DNA of 64,000 nucleotides, from contig NC_043013.1 in NCBI RefSeq assembly GCF_006345805.1, positions 38,130,001-38,194,000 on the forward strand, written 5' to 3'. The DNA comes from Octopus sinensis. Lineage: Eukaryota. This document shows, piece after piece, positions 52,531-64,000 of the stretch (positions within the stretch are counted from its first letter, which is position 1; each line of letters begins with the position of its first letter). The notes beneath the pieces were generated by a model, which did no database searches, was not told the origin of the DNA, and worked only from the letters and a program-made list of their open reading frames with translations. Both the position numbers and the translations under genes were made by a program.

Positions 52531-53398
52531 TGTGTGTGTATATATGCTTATATATATATATGGTGGGGGATATGAATGTATGTATACATGTATGTCACGC
52601 ATTTGTGTGTTTGTGTATGCGTTTATCACTGCATCTCATTATTATAATGTCTCACCTAACAGTAACCTAACAGACAGTATTCAATACGCAACTAGCTCAA
52701 CACCCACAGGCGTAAAATAGACAGAAAAGAAGCTTATGATTCGATGATATGCTCAGTTTAAATTTTGAACTAGTTTTTCATAGATTACTTAGATTCCTTA
52801 AATTTTATCTCCTTTCATTTCCCGGCAAGTCAAAGGTATACCATTTTCAATAAAAATTACATCAAATTAAGTTATTTTGGGGGAAACAAATTGCAGTAAG
52901 CTATTCCCTCTTCCAAGATCTCCGAAACAATGATATTTTTAGCAGTAATTGTTTTGTCCCCAAACAATGGGGCCCTTTAAGATAATTGCCTTTCGAAACT
53001 TCTGATATTTTGTACTGCGCTAACGACAAAAAAGTACAGGTTACCCTGTTTATACACATACTTCTCTATTCAAGAAATACTTTTGCGACAGATTTGCTTT
53101 TAAAAGAAGCATGTTCGCTGGAGTTCAAACCATCTTTCTTGATGCGTCCATGGCAATTTTCGTTCAAATTTACGTAGAAACTTTAGCTTGAGTAAAAATG
53201 TATTTATTATTTCCCTGGATTTCACCGAAAAATGTGTTTGCAATTATACCCTTCAAAATACTTATTTTGCAGCTATGTACACCCTAATAATATCTTAAGG
53301 CACCAATATGTATTTTATAGGATGAAATATGCTTAATACTCGGAATAATAGGATACTTGTCACGTCTGTTTTATTTTTTAAAACAATATACGTTTCTC

Positions 53399-53615
53399 GT
53401 AAGGCGGCGAGCTGGCAGAAACGTTAGTACGCCGGGCGAAGTGCTTGGCGGCATTTCATCTGACTTTACGTTCTGAGTTCAAATTCCATCGAAGTTGACT
53501 TTACCTTTCACCCTTTCGGGGTCGATAAACTAAGTACCAGTTGCGTACTGGGGTCGATCTAGTCGACTGGTCCTCTCCCAAATGTTTTGGTCTTTGTGCC
53601 TAGAGTAGAAAAAAT
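53399..53615 (+). mobile_element. SINE-B2, full length
   Basis: TAAGGCGGCGAGCTGGCAGAAACGTTAG ... GTTCAAATTCC ... GCCTAGAGTAGAAAA. Confidence 0.93.
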
Positions 53616-53871
53616 TCACGTTCTCGTGTTCGTATATAATTTATTACATCGCTTTGAATAATTTATTTTATTAAGTGTCACCCTTTGATCCAATTTTTCA
53701 AAATGTCAAAAGTCTATACAATAACGTAGTATTTATAGAATACTGTCCAACAAAAGTATTTTGTCAATCAAACACTTTCAGTGTACGTTATTTTAAAAAT
53801 TATATACAAAAATATTACAGTGAAATACTTGCAAAGCAAGTGACTTGATCTGAGATCATGAGCTGAAACAG

Positions 53872-54131
53872 AAACAATTCCAGCGTGGAAGGTGTTTATA
53901 AGCCATTTAAAAGCACACAAAAACCGTTAAATTCAATTCAACATTTAAATTTAATTTATCAAAACATTTTCGTCGCTTTGAAACCACGATCTGTCCACTA
54001 ACAAAATTTCGTGTCACGGTTTCAAAGCGACGAAAATGTTTTGATAAATTAAATTTAAATGTTGAAGTGAATTTAACGGTTTTTATGTGCTTTTAAATGG
54101 CTTATAAACACCTTCCAATCTGAAATTGTTT
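53872..54131. repeat. ~260-bp palindrome (core arms ~100 bp)
   Basis: 53887-53985 is the reverse complement of 54018-54116 with few mismatches. Confidence 0.93.
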
Positions 54132-56173
54132 ATACAAAAATAGCTAATGCTTAATTTTTCATAATCGTTTCTATATCATCAATGACGTACCTAGAGAACC
54201 GATACGTAATGTTTCAGTTACCAAAAAATTATACTGAATAGTTTATTAGTACGGACAATTCACACACTTGTTCTTTTCCAAATAAATGTTTACACACGCG
54301 TATCGGCACGCATGCACACACAGACACATGATGGGTACGTTTATCGTAATATATGGACCGCATATTGTTTCCTAGATGTCTTCCTGATTTACAAACTATA
54401 TCTAAGAATCTATATACTATCACTCTGAGATTGGAATACTTTCAATTTCATTGAACGTCTCTTTTAAACTCTTGCACAGAGAAATATTATTTTCATATCT
54501 CTGAAATATTTCTGCTTACCACTAATGTGTGTGTGTGTGTATGTGTGTTTGTACTTGTGTGTTGTGTGTGTCTGCAAGTGTGAGTAAATGCATCAGAATC
54601 TTCGTGCAAAAGTTTACGAGTGCACTTACAAGATTCATATAAAGATTATAAATAGTGTGACACAAATAAACAAAACAAAGAGTTACATATTAAATAAATA
54701 TATATATTATATATTCTCAGAATTAAGCTTATATCTCACACTTCAACAGTAATCTTGTTAGATAAAAAAAAAACCAGTTTATCAAATCGTTTTCCGTACA
54801 CACGTTGTAGTTAATATAAAATGAACACGAAGGTAAACAACAAAATACCGGAGCAAATATATCGTAACTATAAAAACTGTTTGTCTGTGTGCACAAATTT
54901 CACACTAAGTAGAAGACATGATAAAAATGATAAAACTAGTTAGAAACACAGAGAACATACAAAGAAATAGCAATACAGTAGTATGCAAGCTATATTAGAT
55001 CTATCTTTGATAACGGTAATCATGTTTGAACCTTTGATCACTCTACAAAAATAAGAAATATGAATAAGAGCAATGCGCATCATAAAAATTTGGATGCAGA
55101 CCATACTCACACACGACGTAGACAAGAAAGCAATACTAGGAAATATGAAAATCAACCACTAAAACAGATACCAATCTCCACTATTAAGAACACCATGACA
55201 CCAGCCATAAATCCACGAGAATTCACAACAACGGTTGTGACACTGTCATGAAAAAATGTGCAAACCTGTTTTATTAGCAGAACTAGACTTCTACTACAAA
55301 ATCGCTTCACTTACTAGAAATACCAGCTAAATCCTTTTCAAACAACATGCTACTGTCTTACAAAACAAATGAAGTGACAGACTGAATAATGTCATACATA
55401 CACGATAGCTGAAAATGAATGGTGCAACGTTTGGCGCTGAAAGGCACTCGATTTTTAATCAGTCCGATTATGATTGATTTACGATTAAGTAACGCCTAGT
55501 CATGGCAAAAATACAGCCAAACGTAAACAACCACAACAACAATAAAACTGAAAGAGGGAACTTGACATGTTAAAAGTAGCAGCCATATTGTCATTGTATT
55601 ATATTGTACTGTTTTAGAAAAGAAATTACCAATTTTATTGTATGGCTTTGGATAAAGAGTGCTTGGATGGCCATAGATGGAATGTCTTTAAATATGAGTA
55701 TAATCAGTCATGGCTGCCATGAGGTTACACAACAAATACATCAGTATGAAAACTAAACAACAATACCTGTGACAACAGTAAAAAAATGAATATGCATCAC
55801 TTCTAAAAACATTATCACCACTCATGAAAATAAACAAGAAAAACAAGAACAGCTACACCGACATTACAAACAACAAAAATATGAGAACTAACAACAACAA
55901 AAGTAACACACAAACACCAAAATCAGAAGTATATTAATAGCAACGTCCTTATAAGCCATACACTTCATACAAACGCACACACACATATAAACACAAACGC
56001 ACACACATACACACATACTTACACAACCATCAACATTAACGATTACAGTAACAACATAGACAACCATACATGGATAACACCAAGAATTAAAACAACAACA
56101 ACAACAAAAATTGTATTACCAGAAACACAAACATCGAAAGCAGCAGCAACAACAACAACAACAGTGCAAACCA

Positions 56174-56273
56174 NNNNNNNNNNNNNNNNNNNNNNNNNNN
56201 NNNNNNNNNNNNNNNNNNNNNNNNNNNNNNNNNNNNNNNNNNNNNNNNNNNNNNNNNNNNNNNNNNNNNNNNN
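56174..56273. other. Assembly gap (100 N)
   Basis: Run of N. Confidence 1.
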
Positions 56274-56907
56274 TTCGTTCCGGGTTCAGTCCACAGCGTA
56301 GTACCTTGGGCGAGTGTCTTCTACTGTAGCCCCGGGCCGACCAAAGCTTTGTGAGTGGATCTGATAAACGGAAACTAAAAGAAATCCGTTGTATATATAC
56401 ATACATATATATATATATGTGTGTGTGTGTGTATGTGTATGTATATATATATATATATATGGAAGGCGGCGAGCTGGCGAAGCGTTAGCGCGCCTGGGCG
56501 AAATATTAGCGTATTTCGTCTGTCGTACGTTCTGAGTTCAAATTCCGCCGAGGGTCGACTTTGCCTTTCATTTTCTTTGGGTCGATAAATAAAGTACCAG
56601 TTACGCACTGGGGTTGATGTAATCAACTTAATCCCTTTGTCTGTCCTTGTTTGTCCCCTCTATGTTTAGCCCCTCGTGGGCAGTAAAGAAATATATATAT
56701 ATATAGGGGTGTATTTGCGTGTCTGTGTTTGTCCCTCCACCATCGCTTGACAACCGATGTAGGTGTGTTTACGTCCTCGTAAACTTAGCGGTTTGGCAAA
56801 AGACACCGAAAGAATATGTACGAAGTTTACAAAGAATAAGTCCTGGGGTCGATTTGTTCGACTAAAGGCGGTGCTCCTGCATGGCCGCATTCAAATGACT
56901 GAAACAA
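56274..56907 (+). mobile_element. SINE-A with a SINE-B1 (56463-56690) nested in its internal TA tract
   Basis: A 5' half, (TA/TG)n, complete B1, (TA)n, A 3' half. Confidence 0.92.
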
Positions 56908-57374
56908 GTAAAAAAAAAGAATATATATACATTCATATATATGTGTGTTTGTATATATATGTGTATGTGTGTGTGCAACGCTTCTACACAGTTTACGACC
57001 ACCAATTTGACTCACAATGTGTTGGCTGGCTCAGGGCTTTAATTGAAGACACTGCCACCAAAATATAGCGCAATGGATTTGAACCCGAAATCAAATAATA
57101 ATTACAAAGCAAGTTTCATAATCACGCAGCCATGCCTCCACCTTTTCCATTATTCTCTTTCAAATGTAAACAAACTGACATTTTGCAGCAGCGGGGACCA
57201 AAAGCTTGTAAGATTAAATGTTCAATTTGGATGGTTAAAAGTCGGAGAATCACTTTGGTTTAACGTTATCACAACTGTGTAAATCACAGTATATATTTTA
57301 GTTTTGAGTCTAGCTCCTGACTTTTGCCTTTACTCCATGCAAAGTTATTTTATTCCTTTTTGTTTATTTTTACG

Positions 57375-57600
57375 TCTTTTATCTATTACTTGCTTCAGTC
57401 ATTTGACTGCGGCGATGCTGGGGCACCTCCTTGAAGGTTCTTTAATCGAACAAATTAACACCAGGACTTTCTTTTTTTTAGAAACCAAATACTCATTCGA
57501 TCTGTCTCTTGGACCAAACCGCTAAGTTACGGGACGTAAACACACCAATACCGGTTGTCAAGTGGTGGTGGGGTAACAAACACTGACACAAGGACACACA
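57375..57600 (-). mobile_element. SINE-A 3' half
   Basis: Family A tail. Confidence 0.82.
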
Positions 57601-57848
57601 TACGCACACACACACACACACACACACCACACATACATTACAGATGTGTATATATATATATTGACTATTAAGGTGGCTATTCGCAATTTACAACCGGAAA
57701 GCAACAAGTATAGTCGTTAGTAAAGTGACAGTGTGTGCTACTCATCACCAACATTGCTAGAAATAAGAGTCAAAACAACTCTTAGCTACGTAAAAGCACA
57801 TTTCTAATTGACAAGGGAGATAAGCTCCCTCCGGTAAGTGATATGGAC

Positions 57849-57882
<34 letters not shown>

Positions 57883-57967
57883 AAGTGTTTTGAATGGCAC
57901 AACAATGCACTATAATAACAACAATGGACTATAATAACTGTTGTAATTCAATCACCCATAGTCTGAT

Positions 57968-58111
57968 GTGATATTTTGGAATATACAATTCCTTCATCAG
58001 ATAAGCCTAGGAATTGATGGAGTCCGCTGTATAGGTTTAATATAATGATATAATAAGTATTAAACCGATTATAGCAGCGACTCCATCAATTCCTAAGGGT
58101 ATCTGAAGAAG
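57968..58111. repeat. Palindrome of a PLE-type terminus with hammerhead-like cores
   Basis: Arms 57992-58042 / 58058-58111; minus strand CTGATGAA-GGAAT(tgtat)ATTCC-AAAA; plus strand CTGAAGAA. Confidence 0.75.
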
Positions 58112-58204
58112 AAATGCTTCAAGCGGACTACAATACTCTCCTATATATTATATTTATATATATATATATATATTATTATATATATATATATAATATATAT
58201 ATAG

Positions 58205-58282
<78 letters not shown>

Positions 58283-58285
<3 letters not shown>

Positions 58286-58415
58286 ACAGGCCACGTTGAG
58301 TTTCTGTTTACCAAATCCATCACAAGGCTTTGATCAGTCAAAGCTGTTACACAGTGGGACTGGATCCAGACCATGTAGTTGGGAAGCAAGCTTTTGACTA
58401 CACAGCTACGCATGC
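58283..58415 (-). mobile_element. Degenerate SINE-A 5' half
   Basis: ACCAAATCC..CACAAGGCTTTG..CAGTGGGACTG. Confidence 0.7.
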
Positions 58416-59804
58416 ACCTTTGCACTTCTGTGTATAATAAGCTATTATTCATTGCTGGATTTGTATCTGAGATGGGTCGTATGTATTTGCGATACGTCGT
58501 ATGATATACAACGGATATCATTTAAGTTTACTTTTATATCTGCTGAAACAAAATTTTGTCGCGTCATTATGATTTTAAAGCTGCAAATACAATTCAGTCA
58601 TCATTGTGCACTTTCTACTTTTTAAGATGGCGTCCGTCATACGTTAGCACGTATGAAGGACACCATCTTAATGAATCATTGATAATAAGAGTGAAACACA
58701 TAAAAACTTTTGACACCACATGTCCTTGGAAGCCATATATTATATTTAGCATTTAAACTAGTACAGAAACTGACAGGATTTATTTTATTTACTCACCGTT
58801 AAATACGTGAACAGTAACTGTCACTTGAATTCTGCACACACATAGATGCATATAGGTATTCATAGTTACACACACAGACACAAACACACACATCCATATA
58901 TATATATATCCAGAGAAAGTGTGAGAGTAGTATATGCATATATTCACATATACCTACATATACACTCATACACACACACATACATGCATATGCATAAAAA
59001 CATACTTATATGTATACACACACACACACAGAAGAAAGACGTACACTACATACACTGATATATACATATACATATATATATACATACATACATATATATA
59101 TATACATATACAAAAATATGCATGTGTGTGTGCGTATGTGTATGTGTAATTAAATGTATGTATATGTATCTGTACATGTGTGTGTGTGTATATATATATA
59201 TATATGTGTTTGTGCGTATGTGTATGTTTAATTAAATGTATGTATATGTATCTGTACATGTGTATATATATATATGTGTTTGTGAGCATGCATGTATGTA
59301 TATATGTATGCATGTATTGGATGAATGTGTGTGTATATCTATTTTGACGTTTATATATATATATATATATATAATATATATGCTAAATGTTTAGAAAAAT
59401 GTACAAAGAATGTTGTTGTTGTTGCTGCTGTTGTTAGCCCTCCCCTCACACGATCCTATCAAAAGTCCATAGTCTGTTTTTATTTATTTATTTATTTTTT
59501 CATTCTTTCATTTATTCGCCCGTTCCCTCGTTAGGTCGTTCCTCTATTCTAACCAATAAGCTTGTGGTATTTTAAGTACAATAAAGATTTCACTACTTAC
59601 TGTCGATCTATTGTTTTGCGACACATCGAAAATAAGCGTCCGCTCACTGCTCACAGATTGGGGGCACCAGTGCTAACAAAAGGATTCTTTTCTTGTAGCA
59701 TTTGTTTTCCATTATTTTCTGAGCTGTTTTATAGCTTTCTTTTGTCTACCTTAGTTTTTACAAAGGCATAAAAGAAAATAGCAATAATAATAAGAAGACG
59801 AAGA

Positions 59805-59927
59805 AAAACAGAATATATATATATGTATATATATATAGCTAAAATAAAACAGAATATATATATAGCTAAAATAAAACAGAATATATATATATGTATGTAT
59901 ATATATAGCTAAAATAAAACAGAATAT
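59805..59927. repeat. Minisatellite GCTAAAATAAAACAGAA-(TA)n, about 4 units
   Basis: Constant 17-mer with variable TA/TG spacer. Confidence 0.85.
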
Positions 59928-60217
59928 AAGTAGAAGAAAAACAAAGAAACGAATAAATTGGTGGAAAGAAAGAAACAAAGAAAGGAAAGTAAGAGAGAAA
60001 GAAATTAAGAAAGATAGAAAGAAAGAGAGAGAGAAGGAAAGAAGAAAATGTCATTTTGCTTTTGTTTGTACGCTGCCTAGTTCGTTTATTATAAACTATG
60101 GAAATCAAACCACTCCTCTAAAAATAAGCAATGAAAAAAAAAGAATTATTTATTGAGGAAAATAATTGTAAACATTCAGATAAATACGTATATTGAAAAT
60201 ACCGTGCTTGTGTGTGT

Positions 60218-60255
<38 letters not shown>

Positions 60256-60693
60256 TGTGTGTGTGTGTGTGATATTGTTTTGTTTCTTAAACTTAACTTT
60301 CACAACCCATTTTCTTTATATGTTTGTTTGTTTTTTGTCGTTGTATTTTTTTTTTAACTCGAAAAATTTCGATAAGAGGACAGTCATACTTTTCTTGACT
60401 TTCATACCTCGGCGGACGGGTTGGTAAAATAAAGTATCATTCAAGTAACTGAGATCGATAATATCGATTAGCCCAAACCCTCAAAATTGTTGGCCTTGTG
60501 CTTAAATCAAGGGCTGTAATTACCACGTTCAACTGCATGGTTGTGAGTGAAATTGTGTTGACGGGAAGTATACAAAATCTCGTCGCTAATTCAGAGGTTT
60601 TTTAACGATCAGTTACTTATATGTTCATTCAATAAGCTTGTAAATCATTTGATCGAATAACCGAATCCTTATCGTCGGAAATGAGAGAGATCT

Positions 60694-60830
60694 CTTTTAC
60701 TTGTTTCTGTCATTTGACTGCGGCCATGCTGGAGCACCGCCTTTAGTCGAGCAAATCGACCCCAGGACTTATTCTTTGTAAGCCTAGTACTTATTCTATT
60801 GGTCACGTTTGCCGAACCGCTAGGTTACAT
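60694..60830 (-). mobile_element. SINE-A 3' fragment
   Basis: Family A tail. Confidence 0.88.
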
Positions 60831-60844
60831 GCCTTGACCCTAGA

Positions 60845-61222
60845 GCAGAAATGAATTGTTAGCAAACCGAGCAAAATGCTTAGCGGTATTTCGTCTGAGT
60901 TCAAATTCCGCCAAGGTCGACTTTGCCTTTCATCCTTTCGGGGTCTATTAAATAAGTACCAGTTGAGCACTGGGGTCGATATAATCGACTTAATCCGTTT
61001 GTCTGTCCTTGTTTGTCCTCTCTGTATATATCCCCTTGTGGGTAGTAAAGAAATAGGTATTTCGTCTGACTTTACGTTCTGAGTTTAAATTCCGTCGAGG
61101 TCGACTTTGCCTTTCACCCTTTCAGGATCGATAAATTAAGTACCAGTTGCGTACTGGGGTCGATCTAATCGACAGGCCCCCTCCCCAAAAATTTGGGCCT
61201 TGTACCTAGAGTAGAAAAGATT
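60845..61222 (+). mobile_element. SINE-B dimer (B1-B2)
   Basis: Junction AAAGAAATA|GGTATTTCGTC at 61055/61056. Confidence 0.92.
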
Positions 61223-61807
61223 AACGTGAATATTGCCTCTGCTACTGATTGGTTAGCTAGCAAGCTTTCTGCAACGACTCTACACTAGCTAGAACTATTT
61301 CGCTTTAAAAAAAAATCAATCGTGCATAGATTTTGAGATCGTAATTACATCTCAAGAACGCATATTTGGTTGATAACGTGGTCTTGTGGAGCCTGGTATA
61401 AACCTTTTATATCATTTCACTTAGTAGTTTCATAATAAATCACTGTAGAAAACGTCCATATTTCCATCAAACTAACAATTTTTCGAAATGAATCACGCAA
61501 CTCAATCTTCATCTCGTCCAAATAATTTGCTCTCAACAACGATAATCGCAATGGATTGCTGAAATCAATAAGTAATAAACTGAAAGGTTAACACCAAATC
61601 TTGGCCATCATGTAGTGTAATTTATGCCAAAATACATTTGCAAGATCCATTTTTCTCCAACATATACCCAAATGTTGAGCCAAACTTAAAACTGCATACT
61701 TTCGACGTTTGGTTTACAGAAGCGCTTAAAATGCTACAGCAGTACACACTTCGCTAGTAAATTATTACAAAGATTAGAGAAGTTTTTCCTTTATGAATCC
61801 AGCTCAT

Positions 61808-62592
61808 TTCGAGGTGGTATTAAAAAGTTCCCAGACTAGTTCTGTAGCGCACCAACAGATGGCAGCACACGGTTGCGTGCGCAGTGAGAGCTAGCAGTGA
61901 CTTTCATGAGGCAATGTGCCAAGTGACATCGCTGTGTTTACTTCGTAAGTTGTGAAATTTGTACTTCTGTGATCACTTGTAAGCTGTAGTCTGCGATTTT
62001 GTCATGGACAGGAAACAAATTGAAATTTGACGGAGCCGAATTAAAATTTGAAAGAGCCGAATTGAAATTTGAAACAGCCGAATTGAAATTTGAAAAAGCC
62101 CAATTGAAATTTGAAAAAGCCGAATTGAAATTTGAAAGAGCCGAATTGAAATTTGAAAGACCCAAATTGAAATTTTACGTTATGATTTGAAAGTCTGCTA
62201 CAGAGATATTGGGTATGTTTCGGCGAAAGCGACCGGATCTATGGAACGAGAATTGGATTCTCCACTGGTGAGTTTCTCGCCAAAAACATGTTACTGCTTC
62301 CGTACTTGCCCTATTCACCCGCGAATTTTCATCTCTCCCCCCAAGTAGAAAATTCAGCTCAAAGGTCACTGTTTTAACACCGTGATCGAGATCCAGAGCG
62401 AATCGCAGAAGGTCCTTGACTCGCTTACGGAAAACGACTTCCAGGCCTGATTCCAAAAGTGGCAGGAATGCTGCGACCGGTGTATTGCTGCGCAAGGTGA
62501 CTGTTTCGGAGAAGATGGTGATGAAGCTTATGTAAATAAGTTATTTTTTATTAAGCATAACTAGTCCGGGAACCTTTTGATACCATCTCGTA
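61808..62592 (+). mobile_element. Mariner internal-deletion derivative with a 21-bp tandem expansion
   Basis: TIRs CGAG.TGGTAT.AAAA.GTTCCC.GACTAG; transposase remnants KFYVMI*KSATE, PYLPYSP, FQKWQEC. Confidence 0.88.
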
Positions 62593-62739
62593 TAGGCTGC
62601 AGAATACGAAGAATTTTGTCAACAGTCTGTCGGCTTCCCAGTGGAACTCTCTAGAAAATACACTGTAGTTAACCTATCGAGAAGGTAGCCATTTCAGGAA
62701 AATTTGAAACAGCCTTTCCTTAACATAATTCAATATATC

Positions 62740-62960
62740 TTTTATCTTTTACTTGTTTCAGTCATTAGACTCAGGCCATGCTGGGGCACCACCTTGAAGA
62801 ATTTTTAGTCGAATATATCGATCCCAGTACTTATTTTTTTTAAAGCTTGGTACCTATTCTATCGGTTACTTATACCGAACCGCTAAGTTGCGAAGACGTA
62901 AACACATCGAAACTGATTGTAAAGAGCTGGAGGGTGGAATAAACACAGACATAAAGGCAG

Positions 62961-63010
<50 letters not shown>

Positions 63011-63210
63011 CTTATACATATACATACATATATGTGTGCGTGTGTGTGTGTGTGTGTACACGTACGCACACACATACCCTCAGTTTCCCCCTACCAAATT
63101 CATTCACAAGGATTTACTCAGCCCGGAGCTACAGTGGAAGATATTTGCCCAAGGTGCCACGGAACCATGTGGTTGGGAAGCAAGCTTCTTACACAATCAC
63201 ACCTGCACTT
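62740..63210 (-). mobile_element. SINE-A, degenerate
   Basis: Family A match. Confidence 0.85.
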
Positions 63211-63309
63211 ACATGACTAAATAACTAATAATTTATTTTTCTTCTTTCTGTATCTTTGTTTGAAAGAAGCAGAGCAGCTTGATCGAACTGATTAAAGAAC
63301 CAGAAGCCA

Positions 63310-63478
63310 TATTTAAATAAGAAGAAATGACATTATTTACATTATTAACATTTGACGAATATTTGTCCTCATCTTTGTTGTTAACACAACGTTTCAGCTG
63401 ATATTCCCTCCAGCCTTCATCAGGTGTCTTGGGGAAATTTCGAACCTGGCTTCTCATTCCTAAATAATAATAATAATA

Positions 63479-63512
<34 letters not shown>

Positions 63513-63594
63513 TCACTACTAGGAATCGAACTCGGAATCTTCGGATTAGTAGCCCGTGCTCTTAACCACTACGCCATATTGAAATATAGAACTG
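63310..63594 (-). mobile_element. Composite unit: tRNA-like head, (AAT)n, PLE-type terminus with hammerhead
   Basis: Head 63511-63578 (TGGCGTAGTGG A box, AGTTCGATTCC B box); hammerhead 63383-63428. Confidence 0.7.
63383..63428 (-). ncRNA. Minimal type I hammerhead ribozyme-like motif
   Basis: GACAC-CTGATGA-A-GGCTG(gagggaatat)CAGCT-GAAAC-GTT-GTGTT; palindromic stem III ACGT. Confidence 0.68.
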
Positions 63595-64000
63595 AATAAG
63601 AAATGATTTGGGAGGTGATTCTACATATAAACTTAGACGGAGCAGATGAAGTGGCTCCATCAGATTTGACAAGAAAAGCAGGTAATGTCATTAAGAAAGG
63701 GACGTAAGGAACAATCCCCTGTGCCACATGTATCTGAAGTACACTTAATAACTGTATATATATATATAATAACAGTGGTAGCACTGTCATTAATCCAGTA
63801 AATTTGCAGATGAGTGAGTTACGCAACTCTGATGATTAAACAATGCAAATTTACTTTTGTTAATGAAACGTGATTAAGATGATGTAATTCAATATACAAG
63901 TAAACTCTCCTGTTTCGTTTTCTAAATTAGTACTCTGTGTCTTTCTCAACTTCGTGTCCCATTTAAATGAAACATGGGCTTATAATATGAGTTCACCTCA

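Noticed and set aside
54940-55260. Hydrophobic minus-strand frames suggesting a membrane protein
   Set aside because: Explained by CAA/AAC-rich low-complexity composition; a stop interrupts the frame; no family motif.
59805-59927. CRISPR-like repeat-spacer pattern
   Set aside because: Spacers are TA/TG microsatellite, context is eukaryotic, no cas genes.
63511-63578. Functional tRNA-Ser gene
   Set aside because: Acceptor stem does not pair, the long variable arm is absent, the anticodon is ACT, and it lies inside a repeat; treated as a SINE-like head.

Overview
AT-rich, repeat-saturated eukaryotic non-coding DNA with one 100-N assembly gap. No intact host protein-coding gene can be supported. 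The SINE families look like those I recall from Octopus (coleoid cephalopod) genomes; this is inference, not a database result. Contents: three tRNA-headed SINE families (called A, B and C here; B has two alternative tails, B1 and B2); decayed Tx1/L1-like, R4/Dong-like, CR1/L2-like and Penelope-like (PLE) retroelement fragments; mariner/Tc1/pogo/hAT relics and MITEs; dense microsatellites. Almost all ORFs in the supplied track are microsatellite read-throughs. The most interesting signal is a nested retroelement network. (1) Two diverged Tx1-like LINE 5' ends (zinc-knuckle ORF1) join the same nucleotide of the SINE-A tRNA-like head. (2) The SINE-B1 3' tail matches the 3' end of a Tx1-like LINE found in (GATA)n arrays. 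(3) B1 units form head-to-tail arrays with a nucleotide-identical junction at three loci. In addition, several PLE-type termini carry minimal hammerhead-ribozyme motifs, one joined to a tRNA-like Pol III head, and several local foldback palindromes are present.
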